From a virus (taxonomy: Duplodnaviria > Caudoviricetes): a DNA stretch of 40,596 bases. The stretch is from positions 1-40,596 of IMG/VR virus record IMGVR_UViG_3300032216_001207; one strand, 5' to 3'. This document shows, piece after piece, positions 18,701-26,665 of this stretch; the first letter of the stretch is position 1; each line of letters begins with the position of its first letter. Both the position numbers and the translations under genes were made by a program. The notes beneath the pieces are model-generated. The model searched no databases and was not told where the DNA came from. It saw only the letters and a program-made list of their open reading frames with translations.

Positions 18701-18981
18701 TTTTGACTAACGATGCCAGCGTGGAGCGCCTTGTCGAGCTTCTCTTGCGCAGCGGTAAACTCGTTGGTCGCGCGAAGCGCCGGGTCGAGGGCCTCCTTGG
18801 TCTTCTTGATCGAGTCGGCGAGGGCTTGCTGTTCTTTGGCCGTCAGCTTGGTTTTTTGTTCGAGCTTCTCTTCCGCGTCTCCCAAATGGGTCAGCGTTTT
18901 GGCGGCGTCGGCGGCGGCGGTGTTAAGGGACTTCAGACCGGAAAGGTCGATGCTAAAACCAAGAGGAGCTATTTCGGTCAT
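15784..18981 (-). CDS. Tail tape measure protein
   Basis: 1065 aa, Ala-rich helical; QFGQALSSGRLQGDELRSIMEN tape-measure domain; C-terminal GVMGEAGAEAIMPL.RG.DGRLGV. Confidence 0.96.
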   Translation of the reverse strand: MTEIAPLGFSIDLSGLKSLNTAAADAAKTLTHLGDAEEKLEQKTKLTAKEQQALADSIKKTKEALDPALRATNEFTAAQEKLDKALHAGIVSQKEHANLLNALKGKYGVDEVGALGRQFNALTQSVSASHGTLQAMAGVMGGGGGGAGGLVGAVSGASGAFGGMIATLGPTGVALAAGATGVGLLAAAYKGLIVPLAEAEDKYRSLEGRLTNSLGSTASAKSALSALYEQTQKTGLGFDSAADSFSRLARNNSAIGLTQAEMLKLTDTVQKLGRVSGASTAEINGGMIQFGQALSSGRLQGDELRSIMENFPALAKAVADNFEKADGTIGVTVGQLRQMGSEGLLTGSKVAEAALRASEVANQEYAKIPETLAQANARVSDNWSMLLKELGEKLDASKFAQTISNITGNMLGGIASTVSGNRETEVNWQLFGGNTSAEVMKNLREVTAKRLAQEADEKKKGDEAKAMAGFNTAMTTAGQMDGYYGDRLKAQLNYDQLTGAVSSTRARIASGAATPEEKSGIITLERAAAAAGMALQKLEQSVNTLGVALNDTQRAVAGGGGGGGTSIYMQAIAAARASQERGAGGSVGANVSTLVATKLAGDESIGQANRDAAYAIKQANSAGQGRAAQMALEVDQAVSSKRFSLAGTISDPALNRFEADFRAAEIRRAAAQQNLGETNRVIGAQDTLAMSTAALAADPNARAQGRAGLAARLAQERKSFVADKNFEDYSAAQTKDFENKEANTQRMATEQLTRQLGLLKESQKLIGLSSDEYAIQTTLLQTRSKLEAEGYKAGEAYYDTQLRITEEIERASLALDKQKARVRAVITTLEQGAHSIEGPFKDAFQTVFTDGLSKGANVFGKGMGDIIKKISADMIYLIAIKPFEEMAAQMASKFGQYLLSSIFPGMGTAAVSPSSGGKFGGGDPRTVAKGGVFDGNTSNIVPFAAGGAFTNKVYDQTTPFAFAGGAALGVMGEAGAEAIMPLQRGADGRLGVASRGGGGDVQVVINDMRSGPNAERVETKESRGPNGKRIISILVRDEMKKHIRSGDLDREMGGSYGATRTLARK

Positions 18982-18989
18982 ATCAATCC

Positions 18990-19349
18990 CTACTGTGCAT
19001 CGCCGCCGCTCGATTGAGCGGCCAGATAAGCCTCGTCCAACGCCTTTATGGCCTCAACCTCCCAAGGCTCTAGCTGCGTCCGAGTCAATCGACAATAAGC
19101 CCAAATTTCCATCCATGAAATGCAATTCGGCCCAAACCCATTGCCAGTGCGTGACCGGTGCAGGGCGGTAAACGTATTCCACAGATAGATCAGGCCCGGT
19201 GGACAAGGTGGCGTCGCCAAGGTTCGGCCAGTTTGCTTGGCCACAGAGGCGTAGTGATCAGATAACGCCGCGTTGCCCACCTGTGCGCCAAGCGCGAACC
19301 TGTGCTTCCCAAAGGCGATTAGCTCTTTGACGACGCCTTCAAAAAATTT
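18990..19349 (-). CDS. Tail assembly chaperone GT, C-terminal (-1 frame) part
   Basis: Open -1 frame from the slippery site: FEGVVKELIAFGKHRFALGAQVGNAALSDHY...YLWNTF..LHRSR..GFGPN.ISW.EI.AY...EVEAIKALD. Confidence 0.85.
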   Translation of the reverse strand, partial: KFFEGVVKELIAFGKHRFALGAQVGNAALSDHYASVAKQTGRTLATPPCPPGLIYLWNTFTALHRSRTGNGFGPNCISWMEIWAYCRLTRTQLEPWEVEAIKALDEAYLAAQSSGGDAQ

Positions 19350-19753
19350 GCTCGTTCATTTACGAACCGGTCGAGTTGTTCGCGAAGGACAGGGAAGTCA
19401 GCAAACAGCTTTAGGGCCGTTTCATGATCGTAGGGGACCGGCTTGCCATCTGGCGAGTTGATGCCTTCCCAAGCCACGGTCAGCTTGGCAAAAAGGATGT
19501 TGGTTTCGCGGTCAATATCGTCAAAGTCAGGCACAGCCTGTGTGGTGCCAGCCGCGTCGGAGGCAAGGCGCTTGCGAATCTGTGCGCGCGCGAAGTCGCG
19601 GTAGACGTCAGAGTCGGGGCCTAACAGCTTGAGCCGAACAGGCTTTCCCTTTTTGTCGAGCAAGGGCTCGTCAGAATTGAACTGCTTAACGGTCATCCAA
19701 ACGCCAGTATCGGCCAGCGTCTTAACGTCAATTCCGGGAAGATCGAATTCCAT
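19319..19753 (-). CDS. Tail assembly chaperone G
   Basis: Between tail tube and tape measure; LLGPDSDVYR...TVAWEGI...LREQLDRFVNERANFL. Confidence 0.88.
   Translation of the reverse strand: MEFDLPGIDVKTLADTGVWMTVKQFNSDEPLLDKKGKPVRLKLLGPDSDVYRDFARAQIRKRLASDAAGTTQAVPDFDDIDRETNILFAKLTVAWEGINSPDGKPVPYDHETALKLFADFPVLREQLDRFVNERANFLKASSKS
19343..19349 (-). other. Programmed -1 ribosomal frameshift heptamer A AAT TTT
   Basis: X XXY YYZ heptamer in the correct phase near the end of chaperone G; the -1 frame is open into the 18990 ORF. Confidence 0.88.
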
Positions 19754-19769
19754 GATGTGCTTTCCTTGA

Positions 19770-19809
19770 AATGTGAAATGGGAAGGGCCCGAGTTTCCCC
19801 GGGCCCCCG
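19770..19809 (-). terminator. Hairpin/intrinsic terminator after the tail tube gene
   Basis: GGGCCCG-GGGAAACT-CGGGCCC followed by a pyrimidine-rich tract on the - strand. Confidence 0.6.
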
Positions 19810-19813
19810 TCTA

Positions 19814-20989
19814 TTATACGTTGCTGCGCTGAATAACCAGCGAGCCGTCGTCGTAACCAGCGGCCCCGGAGGACAGAAGGCTTTGGAAGGGCGATTGCAA
19901 GATCACGCCGCCGTCCGGACCAATAGTCTTGTTGGCACCCATGAGCTTAACGCGGTTCATGCGGAATGCCATAAAGTCCGTTCCGTTGGCGTCGTCAAGT
20001 TGCGCGGCTAGCGCAATTTCGGTTTCGTTTAGGAAGTAATCCAGCATGACTTGGTCGGCAAAATAAGCCGACAAGGTGCCGGTTACTAACATGCGGCCAT
20101 AAAAGATTTCAGGCACAAGCGTTGACCCAACGACTGGCGTGCCCGAGAGGGCATTTGACAGGCTAATGTCAAGCTGAGTGACAATGGCGGAAGGCGCACC
20201 GGCCACCGACAAAGAGCCGCCCACACCAGCCAAGATACCCGTTGCAGCGGCAGCGGTTGGCGTAGCGAAGACCGGCGCAGATGCGGCGGTGGTGTCGAGC
20301 ATGTTCAAGCCCATGACGCCAAAGCTAGCACTGGCCATACCGGTTGGCGGAAGCGAAATTGCCATATCGCCAATTCGGCAGCCCAAAAACATCTCGGAGA
20401 CGTCGATTTCGGGATAGTACTGTTCAATGGAGAACGACCGTTGAGTCGTGCCGCAGAGCAGCTTCTTGCCCGTGACCGCAATGGTAAAAGTAGACTGCGA
20501 AGTCATAGCCACCGGGGTTGGATAGACCGTCAATTGCGTGCTAGTCATGCCAAGGATGCGGAACTTGACGCCGACGTTTGCGTGAACAAAACCGGCAATC
20601 TTGAACACGTCGCCAACCTTAAAGCCCTTGGTCAGGAACGAACCACCACCAGCAACAAACTTGCCAGACGTAACCGTCAGGCTTGTGAAGTCAGCCTGTG
20701 AGCCGCTGATACCGGCAGCCCATGTTCCGCGCAGGGCGGCTTCAAGGAAGTCGTCATAGGATTGAGTGCTCAATTCGCCTTGGATGTTACCTGTAACGCG
20801 ACGTGAGCCGTGGCGAGCATCATAGACCTGTTGATCAGGGCGCACTTCATTTGAGGTGAAGGCGTCCTTGGTCAGGGCAAGGGTCGAGGAAATGCGGCGC
20901 AGAGATTGGCCCGTCGCCACGGATGCAACGCCCAAAGTGCTTTCAACACCGTAGCGAAGCTGAACATTAACATTTGACTGCAGGGTCAT
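19814..20989 (-). CDS. Major tail tube protein
   Basis: LRYGVESTLG...SNEVRPDQQV...GNIQGELS...SFSIEQYY...VTGTLSAYF; position in the tail module. Confidence 0.9.
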   Translation of the reverse strand: MTLQSNVNVQLRYGVESTLGVASVATGQSLRRISSTLALTKDAFTSNEVRPDQQVYDARHGSRRVTGNIQGELSTQSYDDFLEAALRGTWAAGISGSQADFTSLTVTSGKFVAGGGSFLTKGFKVGDVFKIAGFVHANVGVKFRILGMTSTQLTVYPTPVAMTSQSTFTIAVTGKKLLCGTTQRSFSIEQYYPEIDVSEMFLGCRIGDMAISLPPTGMASASFGVMGLNMLDTTAASAPVFATPTAAAATGILAGVGGSLSVAGAPSAIVTQLDISLSNALSGTPVVGSTLVPEIFYGRMLVTGTLSAYFADQVMLDYFLNETEIALAAQLDDANGTDFMAFRMNRVKLMGANKTIGPDGGVILQSPFQSLLSSGAAGYDDGSLVIQRSNV

Positions 20990-21000
20990 TGCAGAAGCTC

Positions 21001-21420
21001 CTAGTTAGGGGTGTGGCCAATCATCGTGATTACGACCGCACAATTGATCCAATCGGGCTCCTGTGTTGAACCCATACGTTCCGTCTGCTGTATCACGGCA
21101 TTTGAAGTGGCATAAGCGATAGAATTACCGGGTCGAAATTCATCCATGAGCAAACCGGCAAAGGCGTCAAGAGTTGCCGTCCCGACGTTGGCTGGATAGT
21201 GAAGCGTGAACGTGGCAAGCACGGTGTGCGCAATTAGCCCACCGATACCCGGAGAGACCACCACAGAAGAGACGGGGCGAATCCCTTCAGTTACCCAAGG
21301 CACGCCTTTGGTTGGGTCAAACTTGACGCCCTCCCACGCAAAGGCAGGCTTTACCGGCATGTTGACAATTCGTTGACGAACGCCAGCGCGAATGTCCGAA
21401 TGAAAGGTCGCAGCGCTCAC
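21001..21420 (-). CDS. Tail terminator / tail completion protein
   Basis: AWEGVKFDP..PWV motif; position before the tail tube. Confidence 0.75.
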   Translation of the reverse strand: MSAATFHSDIRAGVRQRIVNMPVKPAFAWEGVKFDPTKGVPWVTEGIRPVSSVVVSPGIGGLIAHTVLATFTLHYPANVGTATLDAFAGLLMDEFRPGNSIAYATSNAVIQQTERMGSTQEPDWINCAVVITMIGHTPN

Positions 21421-21818
21421 AGCTTCAATTCCTTAACGGTCTTGTCCACGACCTGTTTCCACTGTTTAACAGTGGCGGTCACAAAGAACCGGCCAGCCAT
21501 AACCGATGTTCCATATTCTACAAATGGCCCGTAGGCGGCATTGTTGGTCATGAAAAATTGGTCACCGGCCTGAATGCCTGAAATGATAAGTCCGACTTTA
21601 CCGGCAGCCATCGCGCCAGTTGGGTCAAGCTCACCCTTTACAGACGCAGGCTCACCAATAGAAGGTTGCCAAGAGCCGCGCAGAAAGCCTGTGTCAACCG
21701 GGGTGGCTTCAACGACCTTGAGCGCCATTTCTTGGCAGACCTGACGCGACAGCGCGTCAACGTGCTCGGGGAACTGTTTAGCCCATTTTTTTATGGATGC
21801 CTTGAACTGAAGGGACAC
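21417..21818 (-). CDS. HK97 gp10-like neck/tail-completion protein
   Basis: TPVDTGFLRGSW...NNAAYGPFVEYGTS; likely GTG start at 21818. Confidence 0.88.
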   Translation of the reverse strand: MSLQFKASIKKWAKQFPEHVDALSRQVCQEMALKVVEATPVDTGFLRGSWQPSIGEPASVKGELDPTGAMAAGKVGLIISGIQAGDQFFMTNNAAYGPFVEYGTSVMAGRFFVTATVKQWKQVVDKTVKELKL

Positions 21819-21819
21819 G

Positions 21820-22188
21820 TCACCGCTCCGCGTAAGCAAGGCAGTAGGGCGCGCCATCACCGGCAGGGTCCAAGGGATTCGCCCAAATCACCGTCCAGTC
21901 AGCATTACGCCAGCGCACCTTGTCGCCCGGAACTGGCGTCTCACCAAGGTTTGGAGCCAAATGCAATTCTATCAAGTTGCGAGAGGCCAGCGAGCCGACC
22001 CGAAACTCTGCGCCTTTGCCCGGAGCAAGGCCCACACCCTTCATGGTAAAGGTTGTGGTAGAGCCGCCCACGGTCGCTTGAGTGACCGGGTTATAGGTTC
22101 CGCCAGCGACGCGCGTGAACAGCACAGACGCGCCTTTAGAGGCCAGCAGGGAGTTTGCGAGAGTCGCAGCAGCTTGATACTTGGCCAT
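21820..22188 (-). CDS. Head closure / head-tail joining protein
   Basis: G.YNPVT...P.PGDKV...W.VI...L.PAG pattern; synteny. Confidence 0.75.
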   Translation of the reverse strand: MAKYQAAATLANSLLASKGASVLFTRVAGGTYNPVTQATVGGSTTTFTMKGVGLAPGKGAEFRVGSLASRNLIELHLAPNLGETPVPGDKVRWRNADWTVIWANPLDPAGDGAPYCLAYAER

Positions 22189-22190
22189 GG

Positions 22191-22748
22191 TTATTCCATC
22201 GACAGGTTACCGGGCGAGTCATGCATCCCAAGGCTAAAGGATGGCGCAAGCAACGGATCGACTGAGAGCGGGCCGAGGATTTGATCAGGGTCGCGGATGT
22301 AGGGCTTCAAAAGGTTTAAGGCAAATTGCCAGACCTTGCCGGTCGGCGCATCTGCGGCATAGGTTACACTCAGCGGCCCCACGCTTTCGCTGACGGTCTT
22401 TCCGCCCCGGTCTTGATCTTGGTATAGGGAATCGGAAAGACCCTTGTAGGCAAGCTCTGAGCAGGCGTGCTTGACCCTTGGGGGAACACCCACAACAGCA
22501 AAGGAGGACCAGTCAACCAAACCAGAGCGCGGAAACTCTAGCCCCTGCGCATATGTTAGGCGTCCGCCCTTGTAACGGTTGTAAGTGTCAATCCAGCCGG
22601 TGGCCAAGCGGATAGAGGCTTCAATGTCGAAGTCCTCGTAATCTTCCCAGCGGTAGCCACGCTTTGAGCAAAATTCCTTAAATTCGGTCAGGCTAACATA
22701 GGCGTCGGCGGCCTCTAGGCCATTCCCATTTTCAACCGTCAGCGCCAT
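22191..22748 (-). CDS. Head-tail adaptor (family often annotated DnaT-like)
   Basis: MALTVENG.G...ADAYVSL...QGLEFPR...VKHACSELA...ESVGPLSVTY. Confidence 0.85.
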   Translation of the reverse strand: MALTVENGNGLEAADAYVSLTEFKEFCSKRGYRWEDYEDFDIEASIRLATGWIDTYNRYKGGRLTYAQGLEFPRSGLVDWSSFAVVGVPPRVKHACSELAYKGLSDSLYQDQDRGGKTVSESVGPLSVTYAADAPTGKVWQFALNLLKPYIRDPDQILGPLSVDPLLAPSFSLGMHDSPGNLSME

Positions 22749-22759
22749 TTGTCACCTCA

Positions 22760-23119
22760 CTAAATTGCGGCTAGTGCCGCCTGTGCGTCTTCCTTGCTTA
22801 ACCCAGCGGCCAGCACCTCACCAGAGGCAGAGACCACGTCATATTTCGTGAAGCCTTTATATTTCAGCTTGGCCTTTGGGCCGTCGCTGGACGGGGCGGC
22901 GATTGGCTTCTTGACCCGTGCTGTTGGTTGGGGAATGGAGTCCGGCTCGCGGTCATCCACCTCAATCATGCGGTGGTCATACATTTGACGGAGGCGGCGG
23001 TCGTCAATTCCTCGAACGTCAATAGCGTCCTCGTAATTGTAATCGACGGCATTCATTGTGAAGGGGCGATTGGCCTTGAACCGCGCATTGGGTTCATACG
23101 GTTTGCGCAAGTGCTGCAT
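22760..23119 (-). CDS. Hypothetical virion-associated protein
   Basis: ATG 23119 after the capsid hairpin; located between capsid and adaptor. Confidence 0.65.
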   Translation of the reverse strand: MQHLRKPYEPNARFKANRPFTMNAVDYNYEDAIDVRGIDDRRLRQMYDHRMIEVDDREPDSIPQPTARVKKPIAAPSSDGPKAKLKYKGFTKYDVVSASGEVLAAGLSKEDAQAALAAI

Positions 23120-23139
23120 GATGCGTCTCGGAATGAAGT

Positions 23140-23177
23140 GAAGGGGAAGAGGGGCGAAGCCGCAGCCTCGCCCCCCC
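23140..23177 (-). terminator. Hairpin/terminator after the major capsid gene
   Basis: GGGGCGA...TCGCCCC stem followed by a pyrimidine tract on the - strand. Confidence 0.6.
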
Positions 23178-23195
23178 AAGCCTAGGTTGTCGCTA

Positions 23196-24182
23196 TTAAG
23201 CGACGATAGAACCCCAGAAGGAACCCAGATCGGCGGACACGAGCTTCATGTCAAAGCACATATCAATTTCGATCCGGTCCGAACCAAGCTCTTCCATGCG
23301 GAAGGACTTAATGCGGTTGCCATCAGAGCCAGAACCCAGCAGGCCCGTCCAAGAGAACGTATAGCCAGCGGTTGGGGTCATAAGGCCCGGAGCAGGGGTC
23401 GAGAAGGTCAGCAGAGCCTGCTTACCGCCAATGAAGGAGTGAGAGTTGGTCTGACCTTCAACGCCAGTGTTTTCCACCGCGTTCATGACCAAAACCTCGT
23501 CCACGCCCAACAGGCGAGCGAGCGTGTCGGTGTTGGCTTGCGCAGGAGCCCCGGAGGTCTGGCCGTACTTGATACGGTCAATAATCTCGGGGTGGTCTAG
23601 CAAGGCGTCAAACACTGCGCGGCCAAGGACGAGCTTGTTGGGCTCGTAACCCGTGGACTCCGCAATCTGACGCTTGGACAGACGCACGTTCTCGATTGGG
23701 GTCGAGGTGGCGTCGTTCCACTGTTTCACCTGATTGGTGCTCGGAGTGCCGGAAACGCCGGTGTTCTCGAAGGTCCACACGCCGGTCTTGAAGAACGAGG
23801 CAACAAACGACTTCTCGCGACGGATCAGCGCCTTGTGCGTGACAAAGGCGGTGGCTTCACGATCAGGGTTCAGGACCGCGTCGGCGTTGGCGCGCAATTC
23901 GTCAGGGATATCCTTGTGGAAGGAGAACCGGTTGGCGAAATAGGTCGGGGTGTTATCCAAGCGATAACCACCGCCAGCCGAAGGCGTGCCGGGCGCGCGA
24001 ATTACCATTTCATCGCGGTTGAAGTCGCCGCGATCATAGACGTAGTAGCGGTCGCTCTGCTTCATGACGGGGATGTTTGGGAACACCTTGGTTGCCACGA
24101 AGTTGTTGGCGTTCTGCAAAAACGCAATCGAAATATTCGAAAGCGGGGTATTTACATGAACGTCGCCGGGGGTCGGGTTCAT
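23196..24182 (-). CDS. Major capsid protein (HK97 fold, lambda gpE-like)
   Basis: 328 aa; DVHVNTPLSNISIAF...VFPNIPV.KQSDRY...PNKLVLG..VFDALLDHP; follows decoration and scaffold genes. Confidence 0.92.
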   Translation of the reverse strand: MNPTPGDVHVNTPLSNISIAFLQNANNFVATKVFPNIPVMKQSDRYYVYDRGDFNRDEMVIRAPGTPSAGGGYRLDNTPTYFANRFSFHKDIPDELRANADAVLNPDREATAFVTHKALIRREKSFVASFFKTGVWTFENTGVSGTPSTNQVKQWNDATSTPIENVRLSKRQIAESTGYEPNKLVLGRAVFDALLDHPEIIDRIKYGQTSGAPAQANTDTLARLLGVDEVLVMNAVENTGVEGQTNSHSFIGGKQALLTFSTPAPGLMTPTAGYTFSWTGLLGSGSDGNRIKSFRMEELGSDRIEIDMCFDMKLVSADLGSFWGSIVA

Positions 24183-24211
24183 ATCAGAAACCTTTCAATT
24201 AGCCGAGCCGA

Positions 24212-24640
24212 TTAGGCGGCGGTGGTTGGGGTTGCGCCAGCCGCGAGGACCAGCACGGGAACGATATCGCCAGCAACACCGCCGACGAGGGCGACGCCAA
24301 TGACGTTCGAAGCGATCAGAGGGTCAGCCGCCGCGCCCGCATCGGACGTGTTGGTCTTGGCCTCTGTAGCATCGACAGTTTTGCCGTTTGCATCACAGGC
24401 AACAGTTGCGCCCGCAGCAACGGTGCCGCCAAGAAGTGCCTTGGAGACGCCGCTGTAAACGATGGTTGCGGCTTGGCCAGCGGTTGGCTTGTTGACCAGA
24501 TAGCCAATGACAAAATCACCAGCAGCGCCGAGGGCGGCTTTGCCAGTCGAATCGACCTTAACTGCGTAATACTGCTTACCCGAAAGGTCAGCAGCAGCGG
24601 CCAGCGTAATCGAGTCTTCCGTGCCGTAAGTGTAAGACAT
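24212..24640 (-). CDS. Capsid decoration/cement protein (DUF2190-like)
   Basis: AAADLSGKQYYAVKVD...GGTVAAGA.V..DANGK...GVAL...AGDIVPVL. Confidence 0.85.
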   Translation of the reverse strand: MSYTYGTEDSITLAAAADLSGKQYYAVKVDSTGKAALGAAGDFVIGYLVNKPTAGQAATIVYSGVSKALLGGTVAAGATVACDANGKTVDATEAKTNTSDAGAAADPLIASNVIGVALVGGVAGDIVPVLVLAAGATPTTAA

Positions 24641-24673
24641 AGGGGAACCTCAAATTTGGGGGTTAAGGGATGC

Positions 24674-25573
24674 TTACGCGGCCCGACGCTTGGTGATGTA
24701 AGCGTTGTAGAGCTTTGGATTTTCATCCACTGCCTTCGCATACGCCATTTGATACGTCATGCCGCTGTTGGCCTTTTGAATTTCTTCGGCCTTGGCTTTC
24801 AGGACTTCTTCGGGGTCACCTTCGGAAGCACTATCGCTACCGACCGACTTAAAGAGTGCAGCCGTGGCCGAGACTTCGCCCGCCGACTTCAACATGGTTT
24901 CCAGCTCAACCGCGTCGGCTGGAGTGGTCGCACCCTTACGGACGCGCATAAGGAGCGGGCCGACCACTTCAGGATCACCGACCTTGAGGTCGCGAGCCTT
25001 GGCAATGGCTTCCTTGGTTTCGGCCTCGTCGCGCATCTTGGCGATTTCAGCCATGGCCGACTTGGCCACTGCGTCGGATTCCTCAAGGCGCTTGCGCACT
25101 GACTCGGGAAGCGACTTCATAATCTCGTCTTCGGCGACAGGAGCGTCACCCTTTAGAGCGGCAATTTCGGCGTCTTTGGCCTTAATCACTTCTTGAGCTT
25201 CGGTCAGGGCGGTTTCAGCCGTTCCGACTTGGGCCTCAAGGGCATTCAATTTGGTTTCGGCGTCCTCAAGGGACTTCGAGATTGATTCCATATCCATTTC
25301 AAACTCCTGCATTGCAGCCGAAGCGGCGTCGTCTGCTTCCGAGTCCACCGAGTGCCCCCCGGTGAGGGTCTGCGCCAAGCGTGGCGCGATTTGAGCGAGG
25401 GCTTTCTTGACACGGTGGCTTACTGAATCCACCTCGCCCGGTTCGACTTGATCATCGGGCGATGAAGTAACCCCGGCCTTCGCTTTCACGATCTGGACGC
25501 GGGATTGTTCGTTTGCGGGATCGTCAACCAGACTGATCTCGTCTATTTCCATATCCGACAGAGCTTGTGCCAT
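24674..25573 (-). CDS. Capsid scaffolding protein with an N-terminal protease-type EISLVD.PAN segment
   Basis: RBS GGAGG then ATG 25573; acidic coiled coil; C-terminal AYAKAVDENPKLYNAY. Confidence 0.8.
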   Translation of the reverse strand: MAQALSDMEIDEISLVDDPANEQSRVQIVKAKAGVTSSPDDQVEPGEVDSVSHRVKKALAQIAPRLAQTLTGGHSVDSEADDAASAAMQEFEMDMESISKSLEDAETKLNALEAQVGTAETALTEAQEVIKAKDAEIAALKGDAPVAEDEIMKSLPESVRKRLEESDAVAKSAMAEIAKMRDEAETKEAIAKARDLKVGDPEVVGPLLMRVRKGATTPADAVELETMLKSAGEVSATAALFKSVGSDSASEGDPEEVLKAKAEEIQKANSGMTYQMAYAKAVDENPKLYNAYITKRRAA

Positions 25574-25574
25574 T

Positions 25575-25970
25575 TCAAGCCTCCATTTTCGTTCGACGGC
25601 CACGGCCACCAATAGAAAAGGCGCGCAACGTGCCCTTTCGAACCTTCTTTTGGATTTCAGGGTCGCTGATTTCCATGCCGATCCACCAGCCACGCTTTGA
25701 ATCGGTTAGGCCAAGGGCCTTGGCAAAGGCGTCGTCAATGATGACTGATTCGACCACTTCCCCGACCTTTGAGCCGGAGTGCATGGCTTTGGCCACGCGG
25801 GCGTCGCAGATGAAGCGGTGAGCGGCCTTTCGAATTTCGTCAATGCTGATTACGTCGCCTTGATGGTCCTCGACCACTTGGCCAGCATCGCTGACCACAG
25901 ACGCCCACCCGCGCACGAACCGACCGGTCGTGTCAGCTTTTTCGAACTCAAAGGAGATTCCGAACTGCAT
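25575..25970 (-). CDS. XkdF-type prohead serine protease
   Basis: VRGWASV...DHQGDVI...KAAHRF...MH...GEVVES...GWWIG...VRKGTLRAFSIGG. Confidence 0.88.
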   Translation of the reverse strand: MQFGISFEFEKADTTGRFVRGWASVVSDAGQVVEDHQGDVISIDEIRKAAHRFICDARVAKAMHSGSKVGEVVESVIIDDAFAKALGLTDSKRGWWIGMEISDPEIQKKVRKGTLRAFSIGGRGRRTKMEA

Positions 25971-25973
25971 TTG

Positions 25974-26106
25974 GTGTTACGCGCGTGATCATACGACGGT
26001 TGATCACCGTCTGATGATAAATCGGTAACACGCCTTCGGACGCAGAGAAAGCACTAGAATTAGGGGAATTTCACCATTTGGGCGCAGGGTGTCATGGGCG
26101 TGACAC
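25974..26106. promoter_or_regulatory. Head-operon control region with three operator copies
   Basis: GTGTTAC-GCGC-GTGATCA (25974-25991), ATGATAA-ATCG-GTAACAC (26014-26031, weak), GTGTCAT-GGGC-GTGACAC (26089-26106); hairpin GACGGT-TGATC-ACCGTC (~25996-26011). Confidence 0.65.
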
Positions 26107-26107
26107 G

Positions 26108-26653
26108 CTAGTCGTCGGCAGATGCCGCGATAAGCTCTAGGTCGCTGCATGGCAGGCCAAGGAGGGTAGACGCCACGCCCTCAATTAAGGCGTCGAGCTT
26201 CCATCCCCAATCCTCAATGGGGTCGCTGTGATGCTGTTCAAACGTCGTAATCACGTCAGCGGCCAAGGAAATAAACATATCGCCAACGGCGCTTCTCCAA
26301 TCGCCGTCCATAGCCTCCGCGACCCGAACAAATTTTCCTAGCTCACCGGGCGTGTTCCAAATTCCGCGCGTGAAATTGATATCCGGCCCCTCGCCAAAAC
26401 CAAGGAACAGGAAGTTTAAACGTCCAGATTCGGATATAATCAACGACTTGAACTCTTCAACGGTCATTGAATCGCCAGTCATTGCAAACTTGCGCAGGGT
26501 CTCTGACACGAACGCTTGAACAATTCCATTCACAGAATCCACGCTGTTAAGCCATGGCTTGTCATTTGGCACGTTTAGCCCTTGCACGCCGGTCGTGTCG
26601 GTGTGTAGGAACTCTATCGCTTTGGCTTCGCGTTGCTCTTGAATGTCACTCAT
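26108..26653 (-). CDS. Acidic hypothetical protein downstream of the effector (candidate immunity/chaperone)
   Basis: RBS AGGAG; starts 12 nt after the effector stop; D/E-rich; no recognisable family. Confidence 0.75.
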   Translation of the reverse strand: MSDIQEQREAKAIEFLHTDTTGVQGLNVPNDKPWLNSVDSVNGIVQAFVSETLRKFAMTGDSMTVEEFKSLIISESGRLNFLFLGFGEGPDINFTRGIWNTPGELGKFVRVAEAMDGDWRSAVGDMFISLAADVITTFEQHHSDPIEDWGWKLDALIEGVASTLLGLPCSDLELIAASADD

Positions 26654-26660
26654 ATGATAC
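26643..26660. promoter_or_regulatory. 18-bp palindromic operator copy over the start codon of the 181-aa gene
   Basis: ATGTCAC-TCAT-ATGATAC. Confidence 0.6.
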
Positions 26661-26665
26661 TCCTA

